Positions 29,655-38,911 of a stretch of DNA of 55,583 nucleotides are shown here, one piece after another. The stretch lies in the NCBI GenBank assembly GCA_017848075.1, contig JAGALG010000125.1:1-55583 (forward strand), given 5' to 3'. Position numbers and translations under genes: made by a program. The notes under the pieces are model-generated. The model was not told the origin of the DNA and did not search any database. It saw only the letters and a list, made by a program, of their open reading frames with translations. The stretch's first letter is position 1, and every line of letters starts with the position of its first letter. The stretch is from Oscillospiraceae bacterium (GTDB taxonomy: Bacteria > Bacillota > Clostridia > Oscillospirales > Ruminococcaceae).

Positions 29655-30032
29655 GTGATAAAACTGGATATGCAAAGCCGCAAACCCATTTATGAACAGC
29701 TGAAGGAGCAGATTCTGCGCTTGACCATGCTGGGGATTTTATCGGCAGACGAAAAGCTGCCCTCAGTTCGCTCCCTGGCACGGGATGTTGGTATTAACCC
29801 CAACACCGTACAAAAGGCCTATCAGGAGCTGGAACATGACGGAATTATCTATACTGTCGGCGGCAAGGGCAGTTTTATTGCCGGGAATGCAGAAGGTGTC
29901 CAACAGAGGAGAGAAAAAGCGCTGCTGGATGTAGCGGCAGCGATCCGACAAGCCTGCAGCAGCGGCTGCGGAGCAGAGGAGATCCTGCAAAGAGTGAGAG
30001 AAGTGATCAAGGAGGAAACAGACCATGATTAA
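29655..30032 (+). CDS. GntR family regulator, YtrA subfamily
   Basis: PIYEQL, LPSVRSLA, INPNTVQKAYQELE, GKGSFI; short C-terminus; precedes ABC genes; GTG start after AGGAGG. Confidence 0.93.
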   Translation: MIKLDMQSRKPIYEQLKEQILRLTMLGILSADEKLPSVRSLARDVGINPNTVQKAYQELEHDGIIYTVGGKGSFIAGNAEGVQQRREKALLDVAAAIRQACSSGCGAEEILQRVREVIKEETDHD

Positions 30033-30927
30033 AGCCTGCAATCTGATAAAACGATTTGACCAGCTTGCGGCGCTGGATTGCCTCAATACGACCATTGAAG
30101 ATGGCTGCATCTGCGGCTTGGTCGGTTCCAACGGCGCTGGCAAATCCACCCTGCTTCGTCTGATCGCCGGTGTATACCAGCCGACAGAAGGCAGCATTAC
30201 CGTGGATGAACAGAATATTTATGAGAACGAAGAGATCAAACAACAGATTTATTTTGTACCGGACGATTTGTACTTCTTCCCCGGCTCCACCATGGATGAT
30301 ATGGCGAAATATTTGAAAAAACTGTACCGCAACTGGAGTCAGGAGCGTTATGAGGATCTGTTGACCAAGTTCCCTATGAGTCGCAGTGCAAAGCTGCATA
30401 ACAGCTCGAAAGGCATGCGCCGTCAGGCAGCACTGATTTTGGCTTTGTCCTGTCAGCCGAAATATTTGCTGTTGGACGAAGCTTTTGATGGCTTGGATCC
30501 GGTGCTCCGTTTGGCCTTGAGAAAGATCATGGCAGACGATGTGGCACAAAGAGGTATGACGGTTCTGATCGCCTCCCATAACCTGCGGGAGCTGGAGGAT
30601 GTCTGCGATCAGGTGGGCTTGCTCCATCAGGGACACATTCTCTTCCAGAGAGAACTCAACGATTTGAAACTGGGCTTCTGCAAGGTGCAGGCCGCCTTCA
30701 AACCGATGGTTCCGGAGGAAGAGCTGAGGAAAGAGCTGGATATTCTAAAGCTGGAGGTCAGCGGCAGTATGGTCAGCATTGTGGCAAGAGGTACCGTGGA
30801 GGAAATCAGCGACAAGCTGGAACAGTTCCATCCACTGTTCTGTGAGGCTGTGTCCATGATGCTGGAAGAAATCTTTATTTACGAAATGGAGGCAGTGGGT
30901 TATGATTACAACAATGTCCTCTTCTAA
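30025..30927 (+). CDS. ABC transporter ATP-binding protein (YtrB-like)
   Basis: GSNGAGKST, SKGM signature, LLLDEAFDGLD, SH switch. Confidence 0.94.
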   Translation: MIKACNLIKRFDQLAALDCLNTTIEDGCICGLVGSNGAGKSTLLRLIAGVYQPTEGSITVDEQNIYENEEIKQQIYFVPDDLYFFPGSTMDDMAKYLKKLYRNWSQERYEDLLTKFPMSRSAKLHNSSKGMRRQAALILALSCQPKYLLLDEAFDGLDPVLRLALRKIMADDVAQRGMTVLIASHNLRELEDVCDQVGLLHQGHILFQRELNDLKLGFCKVQAAFKPMVPEEELRKELDILKLEVSGSMVSIVARGTVEEISDKLEQFHPLFCEAVSMMLEEIFIYEMEAVGYDYNNVLF

Positions 30928-33409
30928 TAACAATATGAGTAAGAATTCAAATAAAACCCTGTCCGGGTTCAAAAAGGACCAGTTTGCCTTCCTGTACCGT
31001 TTCGCTTTAAAGAAAAGCGCAGGCTGGACAGCCATCTACACCATTCTGCTGTTCCTCAGCTATCCATTGCTGGTTTACAACGAAACAGCAGAAGTAGCCA
31101 AAAGATACGCAGAGGACTATTTTGATCGGATGAATTATCTGATGAACTATCATACGGTCAATGCCTTCTGTGTCAGTGCCTTGATGTGTGGCATGGTATT
31201 AGTATTTTCAGCAGTGCTGTACTCCTATATGCACAATAAACGCTCTGCTGATTTCTTCCACAGTATGCCGGTAGACCGCAGTATCATGCTCAGCGCCAAC
31301 TTTGCGGCAGGCTTGACCAATCTGGTTGTTCCGATTTGGTTGAACAGCTTACTGGCGGCACTGGCCTATCCAATTCTTTTGCCGAAGCTGGATGCTGGGA
31401 AGATTTTTCAGGTTATGGGTGCTGAGGTTCTTGCATGGACAGCAGGAGCTTTTATCCTGCTGGCAATCAGTACGCTGGTAGCCGTTACGGTTTCCACTGC
31501 TGTAGAAAATGTAGGCTATACTGTGGCACTGCTGCTGGAGGGTTCCATTCTTCTGCTGATTTGGGATATGGCCTGCAGCAATGTTTTCGATACCTATCTT
31601 TCTATTTTTGACAGCAGCCGGATCACAGCGGCTTGGGGTGACTTGCTCTACTATCTGTCCCCTGTTTTTGCGCTGGGCAGAACCATCGTCGCAGCGGTCG
31701 GAAATAACTGGAATCATCCTCGGCTTGTGCTGGCAACCAACGACTGGCTGCCATTGGTACTGTGGCTGCTGCTCTCTGTAGGAGCTTTGTATCTGGCAAT
31801 CTGTCAGTATACTAAGCGCCAGAGCGAGCGTGCAGAACAGTGGGGCCGTCAAAGCTGGTTAGGCTTTGCAGTGAAGCTGATGTCCGCCGTGATTGGAGCT
31901 TTCCTCTTTGCGGTTACCTTGGGCGATACTTTGAATCTTGACCCTCAGCTTATCTATATCTTTGGTGCATTGACCGGCGCGCCAATTACCTACATGATTA
32001 TCGAGGCGATTACCAATAAAGGCTTCCACAATATGAAAAAATGTCTGCCTTATGTGGGTGCTGCCATGGGAATCATTTTCGTGTTCAGCCTGTACTTTGC
32101 GGTAGATGGCTTTGGCTATGATGAGAAGATCCCGAAGGTCAGCGAAGTAAAGACAGTCAATCTGGAAATCAGTCACTTTGACTTGCCGGAGAAGCATACA
32201 GATGAATATGCGGAAAAGTTTGATGGTGATTACGATAACGCCGGAGACTATGTGTATGATACTCAGCTGCCGGAGTTCAAGGAAGAGGAAACCATCGAGC
32301 TGATCACCGATATTCATAAAACGACCCTTGGAAGAGAAGGCGAGTATCTGGGCTATGGTCGTGTATCCTATCAGAGTGGTTTGATTGATACGAACCGCAG
32401 TCTGGATATCCGTGGCGGCAACAGTGATAATCTGCTGAGGCTGTACCATAGTGACGAATATTTGGAAAAATACAATCCATTCTTTGAGTTGAAGAGTGAG
32501 TACCTCAGCTTTGTACAAATCAGTGATAAACTGGGTGTGTCCATTGGCAATGGCGAAATCCCCGCAGAGAAGTGGGATGAACTGCTGCAGGCCATTCGGG
32601 ACGATTTGAAAAATGCAGAACCGGAGACACTGCGGAATACCGACAGCAATGTAGAGCTGGCAGAACTGGCCTTTGTTACCAAATACCCAAAAGAGATTTA
32701 CGAGCAGTATGGCGAGCGCTACCATTATGATACTATGGTTCGCTATCGTGTTCGCATCAGCGACAGTAATACCCGTCTTCTGCTGGAGGAACTGGGAATA
32801 GAGCTGACCGTGCAGGATACAGCACTGGAGAGCTTGCTCAGTGCACAGATCTCTCAGGCTTATCGGAATTCTTCTGGCCCGGGCATGAGCAATTATGCTG
32901 GTGCAGGTGTCTTGGAACGCTATGAGTATTATGTCAACGAATTTGAAATTCAGGACAGCGAATTGCTGAAAAAAGCAGCCAACGGCATGACTTCTGTCTA
33001 CAGTGGCTACGGTGATCAGTATATGCTGGTTCTGTATCGCAAGAATGTAGTTGAAAATGAAGTGCTCGTCCATGAATACTATGTGGATCGTAAAGTGATT
33101 GCAGAGATCATGGCAGAGTCAGACACCTACTATGCGCCATACATTCTGAACAATGAGGAAAGTGAACGCATCGGTGCGGAAGTTGAGACAGCCTCCAAAG
33201 AGGTTCTGGAAGCATCCATTGAGCCAGTGGTGGAAGAATATGTTTCCTGGGAAATGGCACTGTCTTTGGAAAATACGATTTCGCTGAAGACTTATCTGCA
33301 GGAAAACTTCCCGGAGATCTTGGAAGGAAAAACAGCTGCTGAGCTGGAGTGCATGGAGCATACTCCATTCCTCAATGAAGAGGGAAAACGCCTGCATATT
33401 AGCTTCTAA
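30902..33409 (+). CDS. ABC transporter permease (YtrC-like) with large C-terminal extramembrane domain
   Basis: Multiple TM helices, YSYMHNKRSADFFHSMPV motif; exact start uncertain (30902/30914/30935). Confidence 0.85.
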   Translation: MITTMSSSNNNMSKNSNKTLSGFKKDQFAFLYRFALKKSAGWTAIYTILLFLSYPLLVYNETAEVAKRYAEDYFDRMNYLMNYHTVNAFCVSALMCGMVLVFSAVLYSYMHNKRSADFFHSMPVDRSIMLSANFAAGLTNLVVPIWLNSLLAALAYPILLPKLDAGKIFQVMGAEVLAWTAGAFILLAISTLVAVTVSTAVENVGYTVALLLEGSILLLIWDMACSNVFDTYLSIFDSSRITAAWGDLLYYLSPVFALGRTIVAAVGNNWNHPRLVLATNDWLPLVLWLLLSVGALYLAICQYTKRQSERAEQWGRQSWLGFAVKLMSAVIGAFLFAVTLGDTLNLDPQLIYIFGALTGAPITYMIIEAITNKGFHNMKKCLPYVGAAMGIIFVFSLYFAVDGFGYDEKIPKVSEVKTVNLEISHFDLPEKHTDEYAEKFDGDYDNAGDYVYDTQLPEFKEEETIELITDIHKTTLGREGEYLGYGRVSYQSGLIDTNRSLDIRGGNSDNLLRLYHSDEYLEKYNPFFELKSEYLSFVQISDKLGVSIGNGEIPAEKWDELLQAIRDDLKNAEPETLRNTDSNVELAELAFVTKYPKEIYEQYGERYHYDTMVRYRVRISDSNTRLLLEELGIELTVQDTALESLLSAQISQAYRNSSGPGMSNYAGAGVLERYEYYVNEFEIQDSELLKKAANGMTSVYSGYGDQYMLVLYRKNVVENEVLVHEYYVDRKVIAEIMAESDTYYAPYILNNEESERIGAEVETASKEVLEASIEPVVEEYVSWEMALSLENTISLKTYLQENFPEILEGKTAAELECMEHTPFLNEEGKRLHISF

Positions 33410-33429
33410 ACAAACGACTTCAATCAAAC

Positions 33430-33500
33430 AAAAAGGCAGCCTCCCAAAGGAGGCTGCCTTTTTACAACAAAAAACTCCCCTGCCGCAGCAGGGGAGAAAA
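33430..33500. terminator. Two adjacent terminators between the convergent ABC operon and prs
   Basis: AAAAGGCAGCCTCC-CAAA-GGAGGCTGCCTTTT and CTCCCCTGC-CGCA-GCAGGGGAG. Confidence 0.75.
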
Positions 33501-33508
33501 GAACGAAA

Positions 33509-34678
33509 TTATTTTTTGAGACCTTTTTCAGCCAGCAGTTTGTTAATGCGGTGAACAGGCTCCAGCAGATCGCTGATGGACTCGTCGTGGTTCAGAGTAT
33601 CGATCAGGTAAGCAATGTATTTAGACATGTCAACTTCCTGGTACCATGGACGGTCGATCAGTTCCTGTGGACGGTAGTTCAGGTTGGTGGTGAAGACTTT
33701 GGTGATGTGGCCTGCTTCGTAAGCAGCATCGAATTTCTCCAGACCATTGCAGAACAGACCGAAGGTGGTGCAGATGAAGATTCTTCTTGCGCCGGCAGCT
33801 TTCAGTTTTTTACCGATATCCAGAACGGAGTCACCGGAGGAGATCATGTCGTCAACAACGATCAGGTCTTTACCGGTTACATCAGAGCCCAGGAAGTCAT
33901 GAGCAACGATTGGATTACGGCCGTTTACGATAACAGAGTAGTCTCTGCGTTTGTAGAACATACCCAGGTCAACACCGAGAACGGAGGAGTAGTACATGCA
34001 GCGACCCATACCGCCTTCGTCAGGGGAGATGATCATCAGGTTGTTCAGATCCAGATCAGGAACATTGTTTACCAGTGCTTTGATGAACTGGTAGGTAGGC
34101 TGTACATTTTCGAAGCCGCCCTTCAGTGGAATAGCGTTCTGTACACGAGCGTCGTGAGCATCGAAGGTGATGATGTTCTCAACACCCATATTTACCAGTT
34201 CCTGCAGAGCCAGAGCACAGTCCAGAGACTCACGAGTGGAGCGTTTGTGCTGACGGCCTTCGTACAGCATAGGCATAATAACATTGATACGGTGAGCTTT
34301 GCCGCCGATAGCAGCGATAATGCGTTTGATATCCTGGAAATGATCATCCGGGCTCATTGGCACTTTCATACCGTACATATCGTAAGTAACACCGTAGTTG
34401 AATACATCGCAGATGATGAAAATATCATGGCCGCGAGCAGATTCCAGCAGAGTACCTTTTGCTTCACCGGAGCCTAAGCGTGGACATTTGGTTTTCAGCA
34501 GGTAGGTATCGCGGATATAGCCGTTAAAATCAGCGTCAGCAGCCAGCTCGCCGTGACGGGCAGAGCGCCATTCAGTCAGGTAAGCGTCTACTTTGCTGCT
34601 GATGTTTTCGCAGCCTTTCATGCCTACAACGCTGAGCATGCCAACAGGGATAGAAATTTCATGTGTCTGGTTTGCCAT
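33509..34678 (-). CDS. prs: Ribose-phosphate pyrophosphokinase
   Basis: SGEAK, MPMLYEGRQHKR, DAH, SPDEGG, PRPP-binding VVDDMISSGDS. Confidence 0.93.
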   Translation of the reverse strand: MANQTHEISIPVGMLSVVGMKGCENISSKVDAYLTEWRSARHGELAADADFNGYIRDTYLLKTKCPRLGSGEAKGTLLESARGHDIFIICDVFNYGVTYDMYGMKVPMSPDDHFQDIKRIIAAIGGKAHRINVIMPMLYEGRQHKRSTRESLDCALALQELVNMGVENIITFDAHDARVQNAIPLKGGFENVQPTYQFIKALVNNVPDLDLNNLMIISPDEGGMGRCMYYSSVLGVDLGMFYKRRDYSVIVNGRNPIVAHDFLGSDVTGKDLIVVDDMISSGDSVLDIGKKLKAAGARRIFICTTFGLFCNGLEKFDAAYEAGHITKVFTTNLNYRPQELIDRPWYQEVDMSKYIAYLIDTLNHDESISDLLEPVHRINKLLAEKGLKK

Positions 34679-34865
34679 AGGGAATCGTCCTCCTCAATGA
34701 TCCTTGTCTGAGAAACAGCGGGGCTGTTTTTCTATATTTCGACATCTCTATTATAAAGCAAAAGCCTCCCGATTGCGAGAGGCTACGAAGCGAATTTTTT
34801 ATTTTTGGAGAAAGAGCAGTAAAAGCCCGCTAACATTCTGCCTTTTTTCGGCAAAAGGCCGAGAA

Positions 34866-35348
34866 CTACTTGTGATATTTGGAATTGTTATTGATGGCAC
34901 AGGCGCGATACAGCTGTTCCAGCACCATAACACGAGCCAGCTGGTGAGGGAAGGTCATACGGGACATGGACAGACGAAGCTGAGACTGCTTCTTCACCTT
35001 CTCCGACAGACCCCAGGAACCACCGATAATAAAGGAGATGTGGCTGGCGCCCTGTACCTGTGCGGCAGAGATCTTCTGGGCCAGCTGAGGAGAAGAGAGC
35101 ATCTCACCTTCAATGCACATGGTGATGACATAGCTTTGAGCTGGGATCTTAGCCAGAATAGACTGACCTTCGTTTTCGATACAGTCTGCGATTTGAGCAG
35201 GAGAAGGATCTTGCGGCAGCTTACTTTCCGGCAGTTCCAGAATATTTAATTTGCAGTAGGAGGATAGGCGCTTTTGGTACTCTTCACAAGCCTTACGCAG
35301 GTAGTCCTCTTTCAGTTTTCCAACAGTGATCACATCGATCTTCAGCAT
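34866..35348 (-). CDS. rlmH: 23S rRNA (pseudouridine1915-N3)-methyltransferase
   Basis: VGKLKE, FIIGGSWGL, LSMSRMTFPHQLARVMVLEQLYRA, YHK. Confidence 0.96.
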   Translation of the reverse strand: MLKIDVITVGKLKEDYLRKACEEYQKRLSSYCKLNILELPESKLPQDPSPAQIADCIENEGQSILAKIPAQSYVITMCIEGEMLSSPQLAQKISAAQVQGASHISFIIGGSWGLSEKVKKQSQLRLSMSRMTFPHQLARVMVLEQLYRACAINNNSKYHK

Positions 35349-35361
35349 GAATATGTACCTC

Positions 35362-36144
35362 CTAAAAACAAACAGGTTCGCTGATCTGCGTGTGTTTTGC
35401 CACCTGCAGATGGACAGTATGATAACCGGCCAAATCCAGAGCGTTTCGGGTAGCAGAAAACGCCAGCTCCGGTAAGTTGTTATTTTGGCTCAAGTGCCCC
35501 AGAATCAAGTGTTCTACACCGTGCTGAGCCAGCTTGACCGCAGTTTCCGCACAGTCCACATTGGACAGGTGACCGATAGAAGAAGCGATGCGGCGTTTCA
35601 GCAGATAAGGATAGGAGGAGCACATCAACATACCATCGTCGTAATTGGATTCTAGAAGAACAGCCTTGCAGGGCAGGAGGAACTCCATGATTTCCGCTGT
35701 CATATGTCCAAGGTCGGTAGCGACTGCCAAAAGCTGATTTTCCGGAGTACGGAACTGGTAGCCCACACTGCCCACGCTGTCATGCGGCGTTGCAAAGGAG
35801 CGCAGTTCTATGTCGTGGATCAGGAAGGCCTCCTCTGGCAAAGGAACCAGTGGAGTGTGCTCCGGGATCTTCATGGTTTGGCGAATATGATCCAAGACAG
35901 GCTGGGTGCCGTAGACCGGGCAGTGGAGCTTTTTCAGCAAAACGGGCAAAGCCTTGACATGATCGGAATGTTCATGGGTCAGCAGTATGGCATCGATTTC
36001 TTCATAGTGAGATCCAAGCTGTTCCAAAGCGCTGCAAATTGCTTTGCAGCTGAGTCCGGCATCCACCAGCAAAGTGGTGCTTCCGCTTTTCAGCAGTGTG
36101 CTGTTGCCGCTGCTGCTACTGCCAAGAGGACAGAATATAGTCAT
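35362..36144 (-). CDS. MBL-fold metallo-hydrolase (YycJ/WalJ-like)
   Basis: SSSSGNS, LVDAG, THEHSDH, PHD, TDLG, ESNYD, GHLSN; located next to rlmH as YycJ commonly is. Confidence 0.9.
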   Translation of the reverse strand: MTIFCPLGSSSSGNSTLLKSGSTTLLVDAGLSCKAICSALEQLGSHYEEIDAILLTHEHSDHVKALPVLLKKLHCPVYGTQPVLDHIRQTMKIPEHTPLVPLPEEAFLIHDIELRSFATPHDSVGSVGYQFRTPENQLLAVATDLGHMTAEIMEFLLPCKAVLLESNYDDGMLMCSSYPYLLKRRIASSIGHLSNVDCAETAVKLAQHGVEHLILGHLSQNNNLPELAFSATRNALDLAGYHTVHLQVAKHTQISEPVCF

Positions 36145-36221
36145 AGGGCACCTCCTTTCAAAAGAACCGAATGTAACAAGAAAAAACCGGACAGGAGGAC
36201 CTGTCCGGTCATGGGTCATAT

Positions 36222-37505
36222 TTACTGTGCCTGTGGGAGTACAGAGTCGGGAGTAGTTACCTTTTTGATTTTAGCTCCCAGATTCTGCAGTTTCAGAATA
36301 ATATCCTCGTAACCACGCTCAATGTAGTGGATATCCTCCAGTTCGGAGGTGCCCTTTGCACAAAGCGCTGCCTGCAGCAGTGCTGCGCCGGCACGCAGGT
36401 CGGTTGCTTTTACAGGCGCACCGGAGAAGTGAGAAACACCTTCGACAACGGCAACTTTACCGTCGACCTGAATTTTCGCACCCATTCTGCGGAGCTCGTC
36501 CACATATTTGAAGCGGTTATCCCAAACACCCTCAGTCACGATACTGGTGCCCTCTGCCAAGGCCAGCAGAGTGGTCATCTGCGGCTGCATATCTGTTGGG
36601 AAGCCAGGATGAGGCAGGGTCTTTACATTGACTTTTTTCAGTGGCTGATTGCGGACGATGCGGATGGAATCATCGTATTCGGTGACTTCTACACCGGCCT
36701 GCAGCAGCTTGTCTGTAATGGATTCCAGATGTTTTGGAATAACATTTTTGATCAGAACATCACCGCCTGCAGCAGCAGCCATAGTCATGTAGGTGCCGGC
36801 TTCGATCTGGTCAGGGATAATGGAATAGGTAGTGCCTCTCAGCACATCAACGCCATGGATCTTGATCACATCAGTACCTGCGCCGCGGATATCTGCACCC
36901 ATGGAGTTGAGGAAGTTAGCCAGGTCAACAATATGAGGCTCTTTTGCGGCATTTTCCAGAATGGTCAAACCTTTTGCTTTGACAGCAGCCAGCATGATAT
37001 TCACAGTTGCACCGACAGAAACCACATCCAGATAGATGTGGGAACCGAACATTTCTTTTGCAGTGGCATGGATAAAGCCGTAGTCCGTAGTAACCTCAGC
37101 GCCCAAAGCCTCAAAACCTTTGATGTGCTGGTCAATCGGACGCACACCAAAGTTGCAGCCGCCCGGAGGAGAAACATGGGCTTCATTGAAGCGGCCCAAA
37201 AAGGCGCCAAGGAAGTAGTAGGATGCTCTCAGATGGCGGGAGGATTCATATGGAACCACAGGTTCCGAAATATAGGAAGTGTCGATTTCGACACTGTTTT
37301 TACCAAGATAGGTGACTTTTGCGCCCAAATCACGGAGGATGCTGAACTGAATGGCAACATCGCTGATATTTGGCACATTTTCAATCACACAGCGGTCTTT
37401 GGCCAAAATGGTGGCAGGGATAATAGCGACAACAGCGTTTTTGGCGCCGCTGATTTCCACTTCACCATTGAGACGATTGCCGCCTTCGATGATATATTTT
37501 TCCAA
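36222..37505 (-). CDS. murA: UDP-N-acetylglucosamine 1-carboxyvinyltransferase
   Basis: SGAKNA, RAS, PGGCNFGVRPIDQH (catalytic Cys), PGFPTDMQ, DLRAG, RGYE; TTG start. Confidence 0.96.
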   Translation of the reverse strand: MEKYIIEGGNRLNGEVEISGAKNAVVAIIPATILAKDRCVIENVPNISDVAIQFSILRDLGAKVTYLGKNSVEIDTSYISEPVVPYESSRHLRASYYFLGAFLGRFNEAHVSPPGGCNFGVRPIDQHIKGFEALGAEVTTDYGFIHATAKEMFGSHIYLDVVSVGATVNIMLAAVKAKGLTILENAAKEPHIVDLANFLNSMGADIRGAGTDVIKIHGVDVLRGTTYSIIPDQIEAGTYMTMAAAAGGDVLIKNVIPKHLESITDKLLQAGVEVTEYDDSIRIVRNQPLKKVNVKTLPHPGFPTDMQPQMTTLLALAEGTSIVTEGVWDNRFKYVDELRRMGAKIQVDGKVAVVEGVSHFSGAPVKATDLRAGAALLQAALCAKGTSELEDIHYIERGYEDIILKLQNLGAKIKKVTTPDSVLPQAQ

Positions 37506-37632
37506 GATGGGTCTCCCCTTACATTGTTTTTTTAGGGTATGCTATAAAAATCGATCAAATCGTAAAATTCAAACATAGTATGTCACAGCCAAGGAGAATT
37601 AATGGCTGCAAATTCTGACACGGCAGGCCAGT

Positions 37633-38565
37633 TTATAACAGGCCTTTCCGATTCAGTACGATGGTGACGATCACCATTAAAACCGCTGCCATTGCGATGG
37701 CAGTGGAGAAGGTCGGGAATGGAAGACCACTGACATTCATACCATACATACCGAAAATAATATTCGGAATTGTCATAATGATTGTCAAAGAAGTCAGAAC
37801 CTTCATCACATTATTCAAGTTATTGGAAATAATGGACGATACAGCGTCCATGGTTCCGGAAAGAGTGTTGGAGTAGATGGAACACATCTCAATGGCCTGT
37901 TTGACCTCGATGATCACATCTTCCAGCAAATCTTCGTCCTCTTCATACAAGCGGATAATACGGCCGCGCATGATTTTTTCCAGCGTTACTTCGTTGGATT
38001 TCAGAGAGGTGGAGAAGTATACCAGAGATTTTTCCAGGTTCAGCAGCTGGATGATCTCTTCATTTCGCATCATTTTATGAAGCAGGCTCTCCGTGGTATT
38101 GGATAGCCGGTCAATCTGTTTTAGGTACTGCAGGAAGCGGGAAGCAACACGCAGCAGCAATTTCAGGAAGAACTGAGTCTTCTGATGGGTCTGAAGATTT
38201 TTCACAATGCCCTGACGGAATTCTTCCAGGATCGCATTGCTTTTCAGAGAAATGGTTACGATCTGCCGGGGGGTATAAAGAATCGCCATAGGCATCGTGG
38301 AGTAAACCAGAGTATTGTCCTCCTTACTGCCTTCCGCGATCGGTACATCGACGATGATCAGAGTGTTGTTTTCATCATCACTTTCAACACGGGATGCTTC
38401 CTCTTCGTCCAATGCGGCGCGAACAAAGTCCGGCTCCAAATGCAGGGTATTGACCAGCAGATTGATTTCTTCTTCGGTAGGAGCAATGGCGCTGACCCAG
38501 CAGCCATCCTCCATAACAGGGATCTCGACAATTCGATTGTTGACAGTTTTATAGAAATTGAGCAT
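37633..38565 (-). CDS. corA: CorA-family magnesium transporter
   Basis: SNNLNNVMKVLT, GMYGMNV signature, two C-terminal TM helices. Confidence 0.94.
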   Translation of the reverse strand: MLNFYKTVNNRIVEIPVMEDGCWVSAIAPTEEEINLLVNTLHLEPDFVRAALDEEEASRVESDDENNTLIIVDVPIAEGSKEDNTLVYSTMPMAILYTPRQIVTISLKSNAILEEFRQGIVKNLQTHQKTQFFLKLLLRVASRFLQYLKQIDRLSNTTESLLHKMMRNEEIIQLLNLEKSLVYFSTSLKSNEVTLEKIMRGRIIRLYEEDEDLLEDVIIEVKQAIEMCSIYSNTLSGTMDAVSSIISNNLNNVMKVLTSLTIIMTIPNIIFGMYGMNVSGLPFPTFSTAIAMAAVLMVIVTIVLNRKGLL

Positions 38566-38773
38566 AGGCGACCTTCTTTCTCACGGTCAGTCAGCCTCTA
38601 CATGGCCCTGACCATCGGATTCAGTTTTACAGCGACTGTTCGCGTCAGGGTTCATGTTCTCACCTCGATATAAAATGGATTCTGTCAGTGGGCCTATTCA
38701 CACAAAAAGGCGCAAATAGCCCTTGGGTATTCCTATAACAGTCTAATTATAACACAAAATTTGATACTTGCAA
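38566..38773 (-). promoter_or_regulatory. corA promoter and structured leader with alternative helices
   Basis: TTGCAA-N16-TATAAT (38746-38773, TG-extended); 5' hairpin GGGCTATTTGCGC/GTGTGAATAGGCCC; competing pairings 1:2, 2:3 and 3:4 over the corA RBS. Confidence 0.6.
38587..38655 (-). CDS. Putative corA leader peptide MNPDANSRCKTESDGQGHVEAD (22 aa, not in ORF track)
   Basis: GAGGTG RBS 5 nt before ATG; stop 21 nt before the corA start; lies inside the predicted corA transcript. Confidence 0.6.
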   Translation of the reverse strand: MNPDANSRCKTESDGQGHVEAD

Positions 38774-38911
38774 GACGGTAATGCTTTGTGTCTATGCGGA
38801 ATTTTTCAGGAAAAAGGCAAAAATAGAACAAAAAGAGGAAAAATATAATCTTTTTCCCAGTTACAGGGAAAAAGAAACCGAAGCCGCAACGGGCGGCTTC
38901 GGTTAAAGAAT

